Assembly: GCA_964016885.1 (NCBI GenBank)
Contig: OZ024743.1
Location: 137,578,001-137,642,000 of the forward strand
DNA: 64,000 nucleotides
Source: Eledone cirrhosa
Taxonomy: Eukaryota
Direction of reading: 5' to 3'
The notes below the pieces were generated by a model that was given only the letters and a program-made list of their open reading frames with translations, had not been told where the DNA came from and ran no database searches. The translations under genes were made by a program, and so were the position numbers. Shown piece by piece: positions 61,701 through 64,000 of this stretch (the stretch's first letter is position 1; each line of letters opens with the position of its first letter).

Positions 61701-64000
61701 TTGGTGCTTGGTCTTTGCTGTTTGGTGTTTAGTGCTTGGTGCTTGGTGCTTGGTGTTTGGTGCTTGGTGCTTGGTGCATTGTGATTAGTGTTTGGTGCTT
61801 GGTGTTTGGTGTTTGGTGCTTGGCGCCTGGTGCTTGTTGTTTGGTGATTGGTGCTTGGTGTTTGCTGTTTGGTGTTTGGTGTTTGGTGTTTGCTGTTTGG
61901 TGTTTGGTGCTTGGTGCTTGGTGCTTGGTGTTTGGTGCTTGGTGCTTGGTGTTTGGTGCTTGGTGCTTGGTGTTTGGTGCTTGGTGCCTGGTGCTTGTTG
62001 TTTGGTGATTGGTGCTTGGTGTTTGCTGTTTGGTGTTTGGTGTTTGGTGTTTGCTGTTCGGTGTTTGGTGCTGGGTGCTTGGTGTTTGGTGTTTGATGCT
62101 TGGTGTTTGATGCTTGGTGCTTGGTGCTTGGTGTTTGGTGTTTGGTGTTTGCTGTTTGGTGTTTCGTGCTTGGTGCTTGGTGCTTGGTGTTTGGTGCTTG
62201 GTGTTTGGTGCTTGGTGCTTGATGGTTGGTGTTTGTACTTGGTGCTTGGTGCTTGGTGTTTTGTGCTTGATTCTTGGTGTTTGGTGCTAGGTGTTTGCTG
62301 CTTAGTGCTTGGTGTTTGGTGTTTGGTGCTTGGTGTTTGGTGCTTGGTGCTTGGTGCTAGGTGTTAGGTATTTGGTGGTTGGTGTTTGGTGTTTGGTGCT
62401 TCATGCTTGGTGCTTGGTGTTTGGTGCTTGGTGCTTGGTGTTTGGTGCTTGGTGCCTGGTGCATGGTGTTTGGTGCTTGATGCTTGGTGTTTGGTGTTTG
62501 GTGCTTGGTGTTTGGTGCTTGGTGCTTGGTGCTTGGTGTTAGGTGTTAGGTGTTTGATGCTTGGTGTTTGCTGTTTGGTGTTTGTTGTTTGCTGTTTGGT
62601 GTTTGGTCTTTGGTGTTTGGTGCTTGGTGCCTGGTGCTTGTTGTTTGGTGATTGGTGCTTGGTGTTTGCTGTTTGGTGTTTGGTGTTTGGTGTTTGCTGT
62701 TTTGTGCTTGATTCTTGGTGTTTGGTGCTTGGTGTTTGGTGCTTAGTGCTTGGTGTTTGGTGTTTGGTGCTTGGTGTTTGGTGCTTGGTGCTTGGTGCTT
62801 GGTGTTAGGTGTTTGGTGCTTGGTGTTTGGTGTTTGGTGCTTCATGCTTGGTGCTTGGTGTTTGGTGCTTGGTGCTTGGTGTTTGGTGCTTGGTGCCTGG
62901 TGCATGGTGTTTGGTGCTTGATGCTTGGTGTTTGGTGTTTGGTGCTTGGTGTTTGGTGCTTGGTGCTTTGTGTTTGGTGTTAGGTGTTAGGTGTTTGGTG
63001 ATTGGTGCTTGGTGTTTGGTGCTTGGTGCTTGATGTTTGGTGCTTGGTGCTTGGTGTTTGGTGCTTGGTGTTTGGTGCTTGGTACTTGGGGCTTGGTGTT
63101 TGGTGCTTGGTGCTTGGTGTTTGGTGCTTGGTGTTTGGTGTTTGGTGCTTGGTGTTTGGTGCTTGGTGCTTGGTGCTGGGTGGTTGGTGTTTGGTGCTTG
63201 GTGCTTGGTGTTTGGTGCTTGGTGCTTGGTGTTTGGTGCTTGGCGCTTGGTGCTTGGTCTTTGGTGCTTGGTGATTAGTGTTTGGTGCTTGGTGCTTGGG
63301 GTTTGGTGTTTGGTGCTTGGTGCTTGGTGTTTGGTGCTTGGTGCTTGGTGTTTGGTGCTTGGTGTTTGGTTTTTGCTGTTTGGTGTCTGGTGTTTGCTGT
63401 TTGCTGTTTGCTGTTTGGTGTCTGCTTTTTGGTGTTTGGTGTTTGCTGTATCGTGTTTGCTGTTTCGTGTTTATTGTTTGCTGTTTGGTGTTTGGTGTTT
63501 GGTGTTTGGTGTTTCCTGTTTGGTGTTTAGTCTTTGGTGCTTGGTGTTTGGTGCTTGGTGCTTGGTGTTTGGTGTTTGGTGCTTGGTGCTTGGTGTTTGG
63601 TGCTTGGTGCTTGTTGTTTGGTGATTGGTGCTTGGTGCTTGGTGTTTGGTGTTTGGTGCTTGGGGCTTGGTGTTTGGTGCTTGGTGCTTGGTGCTTGGTG
63701 CTTGGTGCTTGGTGTTTGGTGTTTGATGATTGGTGTTTGGTGTTTGGTGTTTGGTGCTTGGTGCTTGGTGTTTGGTGTTTGATGCTTCCTGCTTGATGCT
63801 TGGTGCTTGGTGTTTGGTGCTTCGTGCTTGGTGTTTGGTGCTTGGTACTTGGTGTTTGGTTCTTGGTGTTTGCTGTTTGCTGTTTGGTGTTTGGTGTTTG
63901 CTGTTTGCTGTTTGGTGTCTGCTTTTTGGTGTTTGTTGTTTGCTCTATGGTGTTTGCTGTTTCATGTTTGGTGTTTGCTGTTTGGTGTTTGTTGTTTGGT
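58740..64000 (+). repeat. Further rearranged copies of domain-B modules (offsets ~2.5-2.7 kb)
   Basis: ORF pairs 60507/62991 and 60553/63037 (offset 2,484) and 58992/61736 (offset 2,744). The same modules occur at ~48.2-49.3 kb and ~50.3-51.3 kb. Confidence 0.75.

Larger units (their letters stand above)
1..64000 (+). repeat. Heptameric tandem satellite (TTGGTG[C/T])n, ~9,100 monomers, G/T-rich strand on +, extends beyond both window edges
   Basis: Every line of the window parses into TTGGTGC, TTGGTGT or 1-3 substitution variants of them (TTGCTGT, TTGGTAC, TTGATGC, TTGGTCT, TTAGTGT, TAGGTGC and others). I saw no unique sequence and no inversion. Copy number is 64000/7. Confidence 0.99.
48220..64000 (+). 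repeat. Satellite domain B: same monomer, different set of diagnostic variants and higher-order modules
   Basis: Variants that first appear or first become recurrent after ~48.2 kb: TAGGTGT-TAGGTGT dimers, TTCATGC/TTCATGT, TTGATTC, TTGGCGC, TTCCTGC, TGCGTGC, TTATTGT, ATCGTGT, TTGATGA. The ORF track shows shorter ORFs over most of this domain, meaning more A-containing variants. Confidence 0.85.

Noticed and set aside
1402-62905. Minus-strand ORFs (KHQAPST repeats) resembling mucin-like or heptad CTD-like proteins
   Set aside because: They are the reverse complement of the same repeat. Their ATG starts come from recurring CAT point variants, and there is no flanking gene structure.
31678-63278. 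The same 2,484-bp offset seen in domain A (31678/34162) and domain B (60507/62991)
   Set aside because: The module contents differ and possible offsets are quantised to 7n or 7n-k, so coincidence is likely.
2-63796. Hundreds of + strand ORFs (up to 716 aa) resembling multi-pass membrane proteins
   Set aside because: They are pure translations of the 7-mer, overlap in all three frames with the same peptide, mostly start at TTG/GTG within the repeat, and have no unique domain.
1-64000. Array freshly synthesised by telomerase or a repeat-synthesising reverse transcriptase
   Set aside because: Rare variants and the C/T order recur in kb-scale blocks, which indicates DNA-level duplication. An RT origin of the ancestral seed is not excluded, but nothing here supports it directly.
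1-64000. Cyanobacterial-type heptameric STRR repeats
   Set aside because: Those form short arrays among genes and have different consensus sequences. A gene-free tract of 64 kb or more does not fit.
1-64000. Whole window as a low-complexity sequencing artefact
   Set aside because: The nested, internally consistent variant hierarchy and strict register are not typical of basecaller noise, although copy numbers of individual blocks may be misassembled.

Overview
The whole 64 kb window is one uninterrupted, single-orientation satellite array of a 7-bp monomer, TTGGTG[C/T] (reverse complement [G/A]CACCAA), about 9,100 copies. I can support no unique sequence, gene, RNA gene, mobile element or CRISPR array. 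Every ORF in the track is a by-product of the repeat. The consensus has no stop codon in any frame, and because 7 is coprime to 3 all frames give the same heptad (W-C-L-V-[L/F]-G-[A/V] on +, K-H-Q-[A/T]-P-[S/N]-T on -). The informative structure is internal. (i) Position 7 of the monomer is a two-state C/T switch, with both states common and finely interleaved. (ii) Rare variant monomers act as barcodes and reveal a hierarchy of higher-order repeats: a landmark cassette recurring 36 times in 1-48 kb, an apparently identical 6,943-bp tandem duplication, a 2,197-bp duplication, a 3,400-bp (1,707+1,693) dimeric unit, looser ~5.8-6.7 kb and ~11.2 kb duplications, and 104/259/300-bp local duplications. 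(iii) The array switches to a second subfamily at ~48.2 kb. (iv) The 7-bp register is kept almost perfectly, apart from one inherited 6-bp monomer family and three isolated indels I found. This looks like eukaryotic (peri)centromeric, subtelomeric or telomere-like heterochromatin, but I cannot identify the organism or name the satellite family. All comparisons were made by eye and from ORF-track offsets, so boundaries are approximate.
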